DNA of 63,992 bases, filler included, from an uncultured bacterium (GTDB taxonomy: Bacteria > Latescibacterota > UBA2968), in the NCBI GenBank assembly GCA_964471275.1. It is 9 parts of 9 records of this genome, joined end to end, with 100 filler letters (N's around TTAATTAATTAA, not from the genome) between each part and the next. Parts side by side here need not be neighbours in the genome. Positions count along the whole stretch, not along the records: positions 22,896 to 30,354 come from CAYYGZ010000231.1; positions 30,455 to 37,899 come from CAYYGZ010000232.1; 7 more parts are not named here. The stretch is one strand, 5' to 3'. Position 1 is the first letter of the stretch, and every line of letters starts with the position of its first letter. A program made the position numbers and the translations under genes. The notes beneath the pieces were generated by a model. It was not told the origin of the DNA. It worked only from the letters and a program-made list of their open reading frames with translations, and did not search any database. Shown here one piece after another: positions 26,918 through 37,620 of the stretch.

Positions 26918-29038
26918 ATGAAATCCTACCTCAGTTGCCACGGTTTCCTCGCCGGAATCCTTCTGGTATACATTGCCGTCTGCGCAACGCTGATCCCGAT
27001 CGCAATCGACGATATCCGGATGGCCGATGTCTATTCGGTCGATGAATCCGGGGCGGCAGTCGAGATCAGGCATTATTACACGACGGGCTCGGTCACACGG
27101 GCCTCATTCAAGTATGGTTCACTCTACTATTATATCCCGCTTGCCGCGATCAGCATCTACGGTCTGGCCGGCACCGTAACGGACCAGATCATCCTCATCG
27201 TCCTGCGTTCGTTCGGGGCGCTGGCTGGAGTTGGCTGCCTGGTCGTGGTTTTCAGACTGGCGAGTCGACTTCACGATCGCCGGGCAGGTGCCATCGCGTG
27301 CACGATTGTCGGGCTAGCACCGGTCTTCCTGAGATGGAGTGTCGAGTCCCATCCCGATCTGCCCCAGCTGTTGGTGGTGAGCCTGTTCCTGATGGCCCTG
27401 ACCGACCTGTCGTCAAGCCGGAGTCTGAAACAGGCTTGCTTCGCCGCACTTCTCGCGGCCCTGGCCTTCAATACAAAGTACGTTGGGATTTTCCTGATGC
27501 CGTCGTTGGCTTTTGCCATTCTTTTCTTTGGCGATGGCAACACAGCCAGTGTGGGCGTGGGTAGACTCAAGGAGCGCGATCGCTGGTTCTGTCTTGTTTC
27601 GGCGATACTGGTCTTCACCATATCCGCGGCTGCGACCAATCCGGTGGCCGTTCTCAAGTTCGATGCCTTCCAACAAAGCCTGATCGCTGAACGCAGAATT
27701 ATGTCCTTCGGCCACAGCTTCCGCGCCTCAGGGGGGGCTATCGCCTGGCTGCGACAGACCGGCGGGACCATCGGGTGGCCTCACATCCTGGTGCTCCTGG
27801 CTGCCGTTGGCTGGGCTGGGACGGAGCGGAGACCCCCTCGACCAGCAATCCTGATTCTCTGGGTCTGGTGCGCAACCTATCTGATCTATCTGATCAGCTT
27901 CTCCCAATTGATCAGACCACGACACGTCCTGCCCATCGTACCCGTGTTTGCGGTCACGTGTGGATGGGCTTACGCCTACCTGTGGGATCGCTTTACCGGG
28001 ATACGGGGTATGCGGCTGGCACGGTATGCCCCGATCCTCCCGGCGGTCCTCGGTTTTTCGATGTCAGCCGCCGGGTCGATCGATGTGGCATCGATACGCC
28101 TGAATCGCGAGGCAGGACAGGACGAGATCCAGGCAGGTCGCTGGCTTGCCGGGCACTACGACGGCAAGCAGTCGGTCATGTACGACTCGTATGCCTATGT
28201 GCCAGGAAAGTTCCAGAACACGGCACGAACTTTTGGGATGACCTACCTGACCATCGAGCACTTTCGGCCCGACCTGCTTGTCGTACGTGATGCAATTGTG
28301 TCGGACTTCGCTGATACCTCAAAAGCAGCCTACTCGAGGATCGGTCGGATTGCATTCCTGGACAGCCACTTCTTCTACTCCTACCTGAGGGAAGGACGCC
28401 TGTCGTCCTACCGGCTTATCAAATCCTGGCCGACTCTCGCCATTTACGAGCGAACAGAAAGGCTCGTCCCTCGGCCGGTGGCCTGGCTAGAGTTGATGAA
28501 GATGTTCGGCCGTCAACGGATCCTCGGCGTCTCCCGGGCTCGCTCGAAGATGGCTGAGATTCATCTGGTGGCCGGTCGTCACACCGAGGCGAGGGAGCAG
28601 CGAGAACTTGCCCACAAGGCTCGGAGTCACATAGCCGACCGGTTCAACTCGGCAAAGGGGATGCTTGCCGAGGGTAGACCAGACGAAGCACGGAAGGTTT
28701 TCGGTGAGGTGCTTGCGTTGGCGATCACTCAACCGGACTGTACTCGCGCTGCCGTCCACCAGGGAATCTCACGAGCCTACTTTGAGGCAGGTTACTACGA
28801 TCAGTCTGTCCGCGAAGCGCGACGAGCGATCTTGCTACACGGCTCGTTGAAGGAGGCGCACTTCGAGCTTGGCGTGTTTCTTCTGGCGGCGGGCGAAACC
28901 CGTGCGGCAGACTCCGTATTCGTGTCGGCCACGAGACGATTCGGGAAGAGTTCGCAGGCACGAAGGCTGCTCGAGCAGATTGCTCAAAACGGGATCGTAA
29001 CGGAAGCTGCGCGACGAGCGGCACAAACACATTTCTAA
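26918..29038 (+). CDS. GT-C fold glycosyltransferase (ArnT/PMT-like) with C-terminal TPR repeats; paralog of 18258-20366
   Basis: SVDE, YGSLY, HPD, NTKY, TNP, YDSYAYVP.KF, PDL, TPR helices. Confidence 0.82.
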   Translation: MKSYLSCHGFLAGILLVYIAVCATLIPIAIDDIRMADVYSVDESGAAVEIRHYYTTGSVTRASFKYGSLYYYIPLAAISIYGLAGTVTDQIILIVLRSFGALAGVGCLVVVFRLASRLHDRRAGAIACTIVGLAPVFLRWSVESHPDLPQLLVVSLFLMALTDLSSSRSLKQACFAALLAALAFNTKYVGIFLMPSLAFAILFFGDGNTASVGVGRLKERDRWFCLVSAILVFTISAAATNPVAVLKFDAFQQSLIAERRIMSFGHSFRASGGAIAWLRQTGGTIGWPHILVLLAAVGWAGTERRPPRPAILILWVWCATYLIYLISFSQLIRPRHVLPIVPVFAVTCGWAYAYLWDRFTGIRGMRLARYAPILPAVLGFSMSAAGSIDVASIRLNREAGQDEIQAGRWLAGHYDGKQSVMYDSYAYVPGKFQNTARTFGMTYLTIEHFRPDLLVVRDAIVSDFADTSKAAYSRIGRIAFLDSHFFYSYLREGRLSSYRLIKSWPTLAIYERTERLVPRPVAWLELMKMFGRQRILGVSRARSKMAEIHLVAGRHTEAREQRELAHKARSHIADRFNSAKGMLAEGRPDEARKVFGEVLALAITQPDCTRAAVHQGISRAYFEAGYYDQSVREARRAILLHGSLKEAHFELGVFLLAAGETRAADSVFVSATRRFGKSSQARRLLEQIAQNGIVTEAARRAAQTHF

Positions 29039-29048
29039 GGATAGCAGC

Positions 29049-29435
29049 GTGGGAATCGACGACGAGCAATCATGCGATCCATCGGTCCGGGTGATCCTGA
29101 TGCCGAAGGATACGAACGGCCACGGAACCATCTTCGGTGGAGCGATTCTGTCTCATCTGGATATCGCAGGAGCAGTCGAGGCCAGGAAGCACACGACCCA
29201 CCGTGTGGTGACTGTGGCGATCGACAAGGTTGTGTTTATCGCCCCGGTGCAGGTAGGCGACCTGGTCTCGTTCTACACGAGCACAAAGCGGGTCGGTGAA
29301 TCTTCTGTCACCGTCACGATCGACGTGGAGGCAGAGAGAGCCGACGGATCAGGGAATGCACACGTAACATCTGCTACCGCGGTCTATGTCGCGGTTGACG
29401 GTGCGGGCGCATCGGTTCCACTGGTGAGCGCCTGA
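29049..29435 (+). CDS. Acyl-CoA thioesterase (YciA-like hotdog fold)
   Basis: MPKDTNGHGTIFGG, VVTVAIDKVVF, PVQVGD, YVAVD. Confidence 0.93.
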   Translation: MGIDDEQSCDPSVRVILMPKDTNGHGTIFGGAILSHLDIAGAVEARKHTTHRVVTVAIDKVVFIAPVQVGDLVSFYTSTKRVGESSVTVTIDVEAERADGSGNAHVTSATAVYVAVDGAGASVPLVSA

Positions 29436-29452
29436 GGTCTGGTGTCGTACGC

Positions 29453-30256
29453 TCAGGTGCTTTGAAGTGAGACTCTGAGATCGTCTGTAGCCTGGCGTGC
29501 AGCTTCAGCATAGTCTTCTCCGGGAGACGCGTAAAGAATGCTGCGGGAAGCATTCACGAGGATGCCGAAACCGTCCGCAGAACTGGCTTGCTCTGCGATT
29601 TTGCTCGGGTTCCCGCCTTGCGACCCAACACCGGGGATCAGGAAGGGGAGATCCCGTGCCAATTCGCGGACCCTGGGAAGATCCTCCGTGTGGGTGGCGC
29701 CGACAACCAGCCCGCACGAGCCGTCTGCCGACCATTTGACCGCTGTCCTTGCGACGACTTCGAACAGGGGACCGTCATCGGTTTTGAGCCTCTGGAAATC
29801 CAGTGATCCCGTGTTGGATGTGAGGCAAAGGAGGAAGACACACTTGTCCGTGCCTCTCAGGAACGGTTCGACGGCATCATAACCCATGTAGGGGTTCACC
29901 GTGACGGCATCCGCACCAAGCAAGTCGTAAGCCATTTCCGCGTATTTCTCGGCCGTGTTCCCGATGTCTCCTGCCTTGAAATCCAGGATGACGGGAATGT
30001 CACCGGGCACGTGTGCTATTACCTCACCCAGCGCAGAGAGGCCCTCCGGTCCGAGGGCACCGAAGAATGCGAAGTTGGGTTTGTAGGCGCAGGCGAGGTC
30101 GGCAGTCGCGTCGATGATGCCCTTCAGGAAGGAGGACAGCCCGTTGACATCGCGACTCAGGTGATTCGGCAGCTTGGCCAGGTCCGGGTCGAGCCCGACA
30201 CAAACGGTGGTCGCAGAACGCGTCACCGCCGATCGATACTTCTCTTCGAAATTCAA
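29453..30256 (-). CDS. pyrF: Orotidine-5'-phosphate decarboxylase (subfamily 2)
   Basis: CVGLDP, YKPN, DFKAGDIGNT, NPYMG, TSN, VVGAT, PGVGSQGG, NASRSILYA. Confidence 0.97.
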   Translation of the reverse strand: MNFEEKYRSAVTRSATTVCVGLDPDLAKLPNHLSRDVNGLSSFLKGIIDATADLACAYKPNFAFFGALGPEGLSALGEVIAHVPGDIPVILDFKAGDIGNTAEKYAEMAYDLLGADAVTVNPYMGYDAVEPFLRGTDKCVFLLCLTSNTGSLDFQRLKTDDGPLFEVVARTAVKWSADGSCGLVVGATHTEDLPRVRELARDLPFLIPGVGSQGGNPSKIAEQASSADGFGILVNASRSILYASPGEDYAEAARQATDDLRVSLQST

Positions 30257-30268
30257 ATCAATCTCCGT

Positions 30269-30354
30269 TCATTTGCTGAAGCGATTCCTGAGTCGGGCCA
30301 GGAAGACATCGTAGCCTGCCTGGTCGAAAAGTACAAACAACACCCGGTCAATTC
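30269..30354 (-). CDS. C-terminal fragment, possibly Macro-domain protein
   Basis: IDRVLFVLFDQAGYDVF resembles Macro-domain C-termini; only about 27 aa visible. Confidence 0.4.
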
Positions 30355-30454
30355 NNNNNNNNNNNNNNNNNNNNNNNNNNNNNNNNNNNNNNNNNNNNTT
30401 AATTAATTAANNNNNNNNNNNNNNNNNNNNNNNNNNNNNNNNNNNNNNNNNNNN
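30355..30454. other. Artificial contig linker
   Basis: N44-TTAATTAATTAA-N44. Confidence 0.99.
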
Positions 30455-31636
30455 CGGTATAACGGTCACCTGCTCAAAGGGGTCTACAATTTCTACGACT
30501 TCGCGAGTGATGAAACGATGAAGGCTCGTGTCGGCGCGCTCCTGGATCTTTATTGGGCGACGTGGGCGCAAGAGCAGTTTAGAGGCGTCCTCGGTGGGGG
30601 AAAGGCACGGCTGTATCCGAGAGCCGGCAGCGGGTATATAGACGCCGGCCGATCCTACGGGACATCGATGGCCTGGTTCTTCTTGGGGATCGGCGATCCT
30701 CAGCCTGCGGGGTCAGCCATCCTGACGACACTCACGTCCAGGTATCGGCTGCCTTTGGTCGTCATCGATCTGGCTCTGGATCACGGGGGGCGGGGTGTCT
30801 ATGAAATCCATAACCGCCCCCTGGGTCTAGTGGAGCCGGGATACAACAACTGCCCGGACTATCGGCTCCTCACCGATACGGGCGGCATCCACCGATACAC
30901 CTACTGCACGCCCGAGTATATCGTCGGCACAGCGATGTCGGAGGCACGCGAACACGAGGACTGGGCGGCGATCAGTTCGCAGAACCGCTGGCACGGCGTG
31001 ATCTTCTCCGGACACAGGGATGCGCGGATTGTTCCCTACCCACAGAATATCGCGACTGACAACCGCACCTACACGCAGCAGTGGTCGGTACAGGGTAAAG
31101 GCACGCTGATTTCCCAGAAGTTGAGGGGAAGCCTGAAATGTGGCCCCATGGAAGTGTGGTTCTCACAGGCAGGGCTTTCCAAGCCGCGAGAAGAGGACGG
31201 TTGGGTATTTGTGGAGGCGATGGGGGCCTATGCGGCGGTAAGGCCCGTGGAGGGCGGGTATTCGTGGCGGCACGCAGAAGATACTGTTCCCGGATCGTGG
31301 CTGCGCAGCGATGACGAATGGGCGCCCGTGATCCTGGACGTTGCCCGATCGATCGACTTCGCGGACTACGATGCATTCTGTACGACCGTCAAGGCCAATG
31401 CGCTTTCCTACGACGGCACGATTCTGACCTATGAGGGCCTGGGGGGACAGACCTTCACTTTCCACGCGGATTGCAGCACGTCCCCAAAGATCGATGGGGC
31501 GACGGTCGACTACGCACCGCCGTGCGCCTTTCACAGCCCATTCGTACAGGCAGGGTGGGACAGCGGAGTTGTGACGATCCAAAAGGACGAACGTGTGGTG
31601 GTACGTGATTTCAACGTCCTCCAGACCAGCGCCTGA
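30455..31636 (+). CDS. Hypothetical protein, 5' truncated (possibly lyase/heparinase-like helical-plus-beta architecture)
   Basis: Frame open from contig edge (GYNGHLLKGVYNFYDFA...); long ORF with coding-like composition. Confidence 0.7.
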   Translation, partial: RYNGHLLKGVYNFYDFASDETMKARVGALLDLYWATWAQEQFRGVLGGGKARLYPRAGSGYIDAGRSYGTSMAWFFLGIGDPQPAGSAILTTLTSRYRLPLVVIDLALDHGGRGVYEIHNRPLGLVEPGYNNCPDYRLLTDTGGIHRYTYCTPEYIVGTAMSEAREHEDWAAISSQNRWHGVIFSGHRDARIVPYPQNIATDNRTYTQQWSVQGKGTLISQKLRGSLKCGPMEVWFSQAGLSKPREEDGWVFVEAMGAYAAVRPVEGGYSWRHAEDTVPGSWLRSDDEWAPVILDVARSIDFADYDAFCTTVKANALSYDGTILTYEGLGGQTFTFHADCSTSPKIDGATVDYAPPCAFHSPFVQAGWDSGVVTIQKDERVVVRDFNVLQTSA

Positions 31637-31665
31637 CGTGCCAACTCAGATCCAAGAGGAGCAAG

Positions 31666-33552
31666 ATGCTAGCTGACAAGTATACAGTCGATGATGTCCG
31701 AGAGACGCTGATCCCCCTTGAGGATTGGCACCCTTACCCCACGAGAGATGAGCGGGAGGCCTGGGACGGTCTCAATGAGGAGACCCGGAAGGGACTGATC
31801 AGGAAGGCTGACGAATACCTCGGGCACGAATGGACGGTGTTCAGGGCGACGCAGTTCATGGAGATGGCGAAGACGGGGTTACGCTCGCTGTATGGCAGTC
31901 TGCGGCAGCCGCATCGGGATGCGCTTACGGCGCTCGTCGTTGCGGAGTGCGTGGAGGGGAAGGGACGATTTCTGGACGACATCGTCGATGGGGTGTGGGC
32001 GCTGTGCGAGGAATCCTGGTGGGGGAAGCCGTGGCATCTCGAACGGCAGAGGGTTGGGGCCAACCTTTCGAACATCGATGATCCACACATCGACCTGTTT
32101 GTGGCCGAGACAGCGAGTCTACTTTCGTGGACCTGCTATCTCCTCGGACCTCAGATCGAGGCCTGGTCTTCGATGATCATGCCGCGCGTCGATCACGAGA
32201 TGCAGGAGCGAATGCTCACGCCGCTCCTGGAACGGGATGACTATCACTGGATGGGGTTCGGGCAGCCGGGCAGAAACCTTCATCGGGTCAACAATTGGAA
32301 CCCGTGGATCATCTCGAACTGGATCACGACAGTCCTACTGATGGAGCGCGATCCGGAGAGACGAATTGCCGGTCTTCACAAGACGATGCGCGCGCTGGAC
32401 AATTTCATCGATCCGTATCCCAAGGATGGGGGCTGTGATGAAGGACCCGGATACTGGGGGCGTGCCGGCGCATCGATGTTCGAGTGTCTGGAATCGTATT
32501 ACGGCGCCACGAACGAGAAGGTCAACGTCTACGGCGATCAACTGATCCAGGACATCGGAAAGTTCATCACACGCGTTCAGGTCTACGAGAATTGGTTTGT
32601 GAATTTCGCGGATGCAGCCGCGCTGGTGACACCCTCGCCTTTCCTGGTCTACCAGTATGGGAAGCGTATCGGGGACGCGGATATGATGGGGATGGGCGCC
32701 TACTTCGCAGCCAACCGGACAGATAGCAGAAAGGGCAGCGGTATCGCGAGGCTGCTACCCGCGCTGCATCTCGGTCAGGAGATGGCAGACGTTAAGCCGT
32801 ATCAGCCGCTCCCGGACTATGCGTGGTTGTCCGAGATCCAGGTGATGACGGCGCGTGACACGGCGGGATCACCGGATGGACTGTATGTCGCGATGAAGGG
32901 CGGGCACAACAGCGAGAGTCACAACCATAACGATGTCGGTCACTACATCGTGTATGTCGACGGTGAGCCCGTGATCGTCGATGCGGGTGTCGAGGCCTAT
33001 ACGGGCAAGACGTTCAGTTCGGAGCGGTATGACATCTGGACGATGCAGTCCGCATACCACAGTCTGCCCACGATCAACGGCGTGATGCAGGCTCCGGGTA
33101 TGGAGTTCGCCGCGAAGGATGCGTCGAGCGAAGAGGATTCGGAGAAGGCGAATATCTCGCTCGACATTGCCGATGCCTATCCGCCGGAAGCGAACCTGAA
33201 AACGTGGCGACGCGACCTTACTTTGGTTCGGCGGCAGGAGATCCAGGTTGTCGATCAGTATGCGCTGACGGAGGCAGCCGACTCGATTCAGATGAGTCTG
33301 TTGACGCCGTGTATCGCTGTGGCGTCCGATGGAAAGATCACGCTCGGGAAACGGCAGCTATCCAATGATCGCTCCGCGGGTGCGGCCTGTATTCACTTCG
33401 ACGCAGACAAGATGACCGTGGAGATCGAACGGCGAGACCTCACAGATGGAAAGTCGATGCACTATTGGGGTGAGTATCTGAGTCGGATACTGTTTACGCT
33501 GGTCGATCCGGGGGCTAGCGGTGAGGTTGAGGTGCGGATCTCGAAGTTGTAG
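31666..33552 (+). CDS. Heparinase II/III family protein
   Basis: NNWNPW, DGGCDEGPGYW, VNFADA, KGGHNSESHNHNDVG, DAGVEAYT, MQSAYH. Confidence 0.9.
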   Translation: MLADKYTVDDVRETLIPLEDWHPYPTRDEREAWDGLNEETRKGLIRKADEYLGHEWTVFRATQFMEMAKTGLRSLYGSLRQPHRDALTALVVAECVEGKGRFLDDIVDGVWALCEESWWGKPWHLERQRVGANLSNIDDPHIDLFVAETASLLSWTCYLLGPQIEAWSSMIMPRVDHEMQERMLTPLLERDDYHWMGFGQPGRNLHRVNNWNPWIISNWITTVLLMERDPERRIAGLHKTMRALDNFIDPYPKDGGCDEGPGYWGRAGASMFECLESYYGATNEKVNVYGDQLIQDIGKFITRVQVYENWFVNFADAAALVTPSPFLVYQYGKRIGDADMMGMGAYFAANRTDSRKGSGIARLLPALHLGQEMADVKPYQPLPDYAWLSEIQVMTARDTAGSPDGLYVAMKGGHNSESHNHNDVGHYIVYVDGEPVIVDAGVEAYTGKTFSSERYDIWTMQSAYHSLPTINGVMQAPGMEFAAKDASSEEDSEKANISLDIADAYPPEANLKTWRRDLTLVRRQEIQVVDQYALTEAADSIQMSLLTPCIAVASDGKITLGKRQLSNDRSAGAACIHFDADKMTVEIERRDLTDGKSMHYWGEYLSRILFTLVDPGASGEVEVRISKL

Positions 33553-33569
33553 CGGAAGATCCTTAACCG

Positions 33570-33593
33570 CCCCTCGGCTCCGCTCGGGATAGA
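33570..33593 (+). repeat. REP-like hairpin repeat
   Basis: CCCCTCGGCTCCGCTCGGGATAGA; variant of the 33720-33744 motif. Confidence 0.5.
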
Positions 33594-33719
33594 CTCCGGC
33601 GCAGAGGGCGCTGAGAGGATTCAGGGCTCGTGACCGAGGGTGTGGAGGCCGAATACCAAACTCGAAGGCGCCGTAACGTTGAGTGCCATTTGAAGCGTCG
33701 GTCTACAGCATCCGAGCCG

Positions 33720-33744
33720 CCCTTCGACTCGCACTCAGGGTGAC
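33720..33744 (+). repeat. REP-like hairpin repeat
   Basis: CCCTTCGACTCGCACTCAGGGTGAC; related copies at 5666, 5812, 5989 and 33570. Confidence 0.65.
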
Positions 33745-33861
33745 CCGGCTGCCGCTATCGTACTTGTAAGGTCGTGTCATCGCCCTGAGGTCCCGTTGGT
33801 AAGAACAGAACTATCTCGATCCCGGATCGCAATATCCATTGAGCAACAGAGAGAGGCTTGG

Positions 33862-34589
33862 ATGAAGAATCCTGATGTCGATATTTCAGATGATCTGCTG
33901 GACGCACTCAAGAAGGTCCACACACCGACTGCGACTCAGTATCTGGTCTCCAACGGTTACGCGAATCCCTACCCGATCGGTGTGCTTCCGATGGCCCTCC
34001 AGGATGGCCAGGTGATGGTCGGTCGTGCACGGACACTGCGCTTCATCGCGAAGCGAGAGGATCTGGTTAAGGCACAGTATGGGGCAGTGACGGGCAGGCC
34101 GCATCGAGACGCGATCGAGCAGATCGAGAAGAACGAGATTCTTGTCATCGATGCGTATGGGAACCCGGGGGCCGGTGTCGTGGGTGACATGTTTACACGA
34201 CGCGTTCAGAACCGGGGCGGTACGGGAATCGTGGCTGATGCCGTCGTCCGCGACCTGTCGTCGATCAAGACCGTCGGTCTGCCCCTGTTCTGCCGCGGGG
34301 TACACGGCGCGGGGATCAACCGGGAGCTGATGTCCGTGGGGATCAACGAACCCATACAGGTCGGCGGTGTGCCCGTGCTGCCGGGCGACGTTCTTCTCGG
34401 TGACGCCGATGGGCTCGTGGTTATCCCGCCGACAGAGGTCGAAGCCCTTGTCGAGGACTGTGTNNNNNNNNNNACCATAGGGAGGAGTTTACCAAGATCA
34501 AGCTGGCAGAAGGCTATCCACTGCATCGGGCGTATCCGCCTGACGAAGAGCTGATGAAAGAATACGAGGAGTGGAGGAAGACGAACTGA
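33862..34589 (+). CDS. RraA-like / 4-hydroxy-4-methyl-2-oxoglutarate aldolase family protein (gap at 34464-34473)
   Basis: GRARTLRF, LVIDA, GDM, ADAVVRD, PGDVLLGDADG; C-terminus EEFTKIKL...YPPDE after the gap. Confidence 0.88.
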
Positions 34590-34678
34590 TATCTGCTGCG
34601 GGGGGGGTGCAAGGGGAATCTGGCTTGTGGGTTTACCGAGATAGGAACAGAACATGAGACTGGGGGAATGAGTTGTGT

Positions 34679-36571
34679 ATGCTGGGTGAACGGTATCCGA
34701 TCGAACGGTTGCGAGAGATTCTGGTGTCCAGGGAAACGTGGCACCCGTATCCGACGCGAGACGAGCGCGACGAATGGGAAGCAATTCCCGGAAGTGTGCG
34801 CAAGGCGCATATCGCGAAGGGCGAGGCGTGCCTGGGGTTCCAGTGGGAGCCATTTAGGGCGACGCTGTTTTTGGAGATGGCTCACACAGGTAAGCGAGCG
34901 ATCTACGACAAGCACCGTGCACGACATCGCACAGCGCTATGCGATCTGGTGATCGCTGAATGTGTCGAAGCTGACGGCCGGTTCATGGATGACATTGTCG
35001 ACGGTCTCTGGGCGCTCTGCGAGGAGTCGTTCTGGGGAAAGCCTTTTACACTCTCTGGCCAGAAGGCCGGCTTCGACCTGCCGGACACGGCGGAACCGAT
35101 TGTCGCGCTCTTTGTGGCTGAAGCCGCGAGCCTGGTCGCCTGGACGTGCTATCTGCTTGGACCCCAGATCGAAGCATACTCGGCGTTGATTCTGCCGCGT
35201 GTCGATCGTGAGATGCAGCGTCGGATGCTGGAACCCTGTCTGGATCGGGATGATTTCTGGTGGATGGGATTCAGGGCCCGAGAGGGGTCTGACTTGCCGC
35301 GAGTCAACAACTGGAACCCGTGGATCAACTCGAACTGGCTGACAGCCGCGCTTCTGATGGAACGGGATCCGGAGAGACGTGTGTCCGCCGTGGACAAGAG
35401 CATCCGGAGTCTGGATCGGTTCATCGATCCCTATCCGAAAGATGGCGGGTGTGATGAAGGGCCCGGTTACTGGGGACGAGCGGGCGCCTCGTTGTTCGAG
35501 TGTTTGGAAACGCTGCACAGCGCGACCGCTGGCGAGATCGATGTCTACAACGACCCGCTGATTCAGGATATTGGCAAGTTCATTACGCGAGTGCAGATCG
35601 ATGACCGCTACTTCGTCAACTTCGCTGACGCCGCCGCACGGGTCACTCCCTCTCCCTCGCTGGTCTACCGTTACGGAAAGCGTATCGCCGACCGCGACAT
35701 GATGAGCACGGGGGCGTACTTCGCCGAGCACACAGGTATTGCGACTCGCGGTGTGGGGGACAGTATCGCCAGGCAGATTCCGGCGCTGTTGTCAGTCTCC
35801 GAACTACTCGAGGAGGAGCCCCGGCAGGCGCTGCCACGGGATACGTGGCTTCCTGAGATTCAGGTGATGACTGCCCGTGATCAAGCGGGATCGGCGGACG
35901 GCTTCTACGTCGCGGCCAAGGGTGGGCACAACGCAGAGAGTCATAACCACAATGATGTCGGCCACTACATCGTTTACCTGGATGGGAAACCGGTTGTCAT
36001 TGATGCAGGTGTCGAAACTTATACCGGAAAGACATTCAGTCCAGACCGGTATGATATTTGGACGATGCAATCGGCCTATCACAGCTTGCCGACGATTGAC
36101 GGGGTGATGCAGAGCCCGGGACTTACGTCGGCGGCTCGATATGCCTCGAGTTATTCAGATGAGAGGAAGGCGACGTTTTCGGTCGAAATAGCCGACGCCT
36201 ATCCGGCGAAAGCGAAGCTGACGTCGTGGCAGCGAACCGTTGTTTTGATTCGCAGTCAAGAGGTCCAGGTCGAGGATAGATACGCTCTCACAGAGCGTGC
36301 GAATGCTATCGAGACGAGTCTCCTGACGCCGTGCGCCGTCGACGTATCACCCGGCCTGATTACGTTGAAAACCAAGAGTCTTCCGGGTAACAGGTCCACC
36401 GGTGAGGCCTGCATCCACTACGACGCCAAACTGATGACGCCCCAGATTGAGCGGATCGATCTGGCAGATGACAAGACGCAGTCGCATTGGGGAGAGCAGA
36501 TCAGCCGAATTGTGCTGGTACTGGTCGACCCGGGAACGAGTGGCGAAGCTGTTGTTCGCATAACCCGATAG
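34679..36571 (+). CDS. Heparinase II/III family protein; paralog of 31666-33552
   Basis: Same motifs NNWNPW, DGGCDEGPGYW, KGGHNAESHNHNDVG; colinear over the whole length. Confidence 0.9.
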   Translation: MLGERYPIERLREILVSRETWHPYPTRDERDEWEAIPGSVRKAHIAKGEACLGFQWEPFRATLFLEMAHTGKRAIYDKHRARHRTALCDLVIAECVEADGRFMDDIVDGLWALCEESFWGKPFTLSGQKAGFDLPDTAEPIVALFVAEAASLVAWTCYLLGPQIEAYSALILPRVDREMQRRMLEPCLDRDDFWWMGFRAREGSDLPRVNNWNPWINSNWLTAALLMERDPERRVSAVDKSIRSLDRFIDPYPKDGGCDEGPGYWGRAGASLFECLETLHSATAGEIDVYNDPLIQDIGKFITRVQIDDRYFVNFADAAARVTPSPSLVYRYGKRIADRDMMSTGAYFAEHTGIATRGVGDSIARQIPALLSVSELLEEEPRQALPRDTWLPEIQVMTARDQAGSADGFYVAAKGGHNAESHNHNDVGHYIVYLDGKPVVIDAGVETYTGKTFSPDRYDIWTMQSAYHSLPTIDGVMQSPGLTSAARYASSYSDERKATFSVEIADAYPAKAKLTSWQRTVVLIRSQEVQVEDRYALTERANAIETSLLTPCAVDVSPGLITLKTKSLPGNRSTGEACIHYDAKLMTPQIERIDLADDKTQSHWGEQISRIVLVLVDPGTSGEAVVRITR

Positions 36572-36642
36572 CCTCGCTCGGTGGGTCCCGGGAGACGGCA
36601 TACCGTGGACACACGGTGGTTGTAAGAGAAAGAGGCAGACGT

Positions 36643-37539
36643 TTGGGTGAACCTGGGAAATTGTTGTTTAGATCAGGCTTCGAACGTGGGACGACGATTG
36701 CTGCCTACGATCGTGGCGATCGACACATGCACAAGCTTACTGGTGCTGAAGATGGCTCGAACTCCGACTGGTCAAGGGATCTGCCTTGCGCAGATTCCTA
36801 CTTTGTCTACCTGGTCGGGGATCACCAACCTGATCGGTATGTGTCGTCGGATATCGTGACTGTCGAAGGACGCGACGGGAAGCCGACCGAGGCGCTGCAT
36901 ATGTCTGTGAAGGCTGACTACGATGCGGGTAAGTCGACCACGCGGAACGAGCTGTCGCTGTTCTATGACGAGGCGGCGGGACACGGTTACGACGAAGGGT
37001 ATGTGAAGTACTGGATGAAGCTCGAGGATGACTTTGTCGAGCGGTTTCCGATGGAGCGGCCGAACTGGCGGATGATGATGGAGTGGAAGGAACCCGATTC
37101 GGGAATAACGACCGAGAAGGGCGGGACGAACAACTACCGCATCAACGTGCATATCGTGATGAAGGATGGCACACCACGATGGCAGGTGATCGGTCAGGAG
37201 GTACAGCCGGTCCGAATCACGGAGTGGGAGGAGACAAATCTGGATCACGTCGTGCCCACAGGCCGGTGGTTCCAGGTCGAAGCGTATATGCGCAAGCACG
37301 CGTCAGACGGTCGGGTTTTCTTTGCGGTGGATGGGGAGACCGTCTGTGATTATCGTGGACGGACCGAACACAAGGACAATCCGCTGCCGCTGAAGTTCTG
37401 GTCGATTTTCAAACTGTACCACGGGACGAAGTGGCTGGAGGCGGGACCGACGCATCAGTGGATCGATGACGTGGAACTGTGGTCGGGACTTCCAGAGGGA
37501 AGAGATGAGCGGGTGACAGGCAAATCAAGTGGCAGATGA
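36643..37539 (+). CDS. Hypothetical beta-jelly-roll protein (polysaccharide lyase-like)
   Basis: TTG start after AGAGG; LFRSGFE, YWMKL, MEWK, VPTGRWFQVE, GRVFFAVDG, KLY, WIDDVELW. Confidence 0.65.
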   Translation: MGEPGKLLFRSGFERGTTIAAYDRGDRHMHKLTGAEDGSNSDWSRDLPCADSYFVYLVGDHQPDRYVSSDIVTVEGRDGKPTEALHMSVKADYDAGKSTTRNELSLFYDEAAGHGYDEGYVKYWMKLEDDFVERFPMERPNWRMMMEWKEPDSGITTEKGGTNNYRINVHIVMKDGTPRWQVIGQEVQPVRITEWEETNLDHVVPTGRWFQVEAYMRKHASDGRVFFAVDGETVCDYRGRTEHKDNPLPLKFWSIFKLYHGTKWLEAGPTHQWIDDVELWSGLPEGRDERVTGKSSGR

Positions 37540-37556
37540 CAAATGACAAATGACAA
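37536..37556 (+). repeat. 7-bp tandem repeat (ATGACAA)x3
   Basis: Directly visible at the gene junction. Confidence 0.85.
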
Positions 37557-37620
37557 GCGGAAGCCTGCGATCTGGTATCGTATACTGAGTCTCAGTTGTG
37601 CGGTGGCGGTCTGCGTTGGT

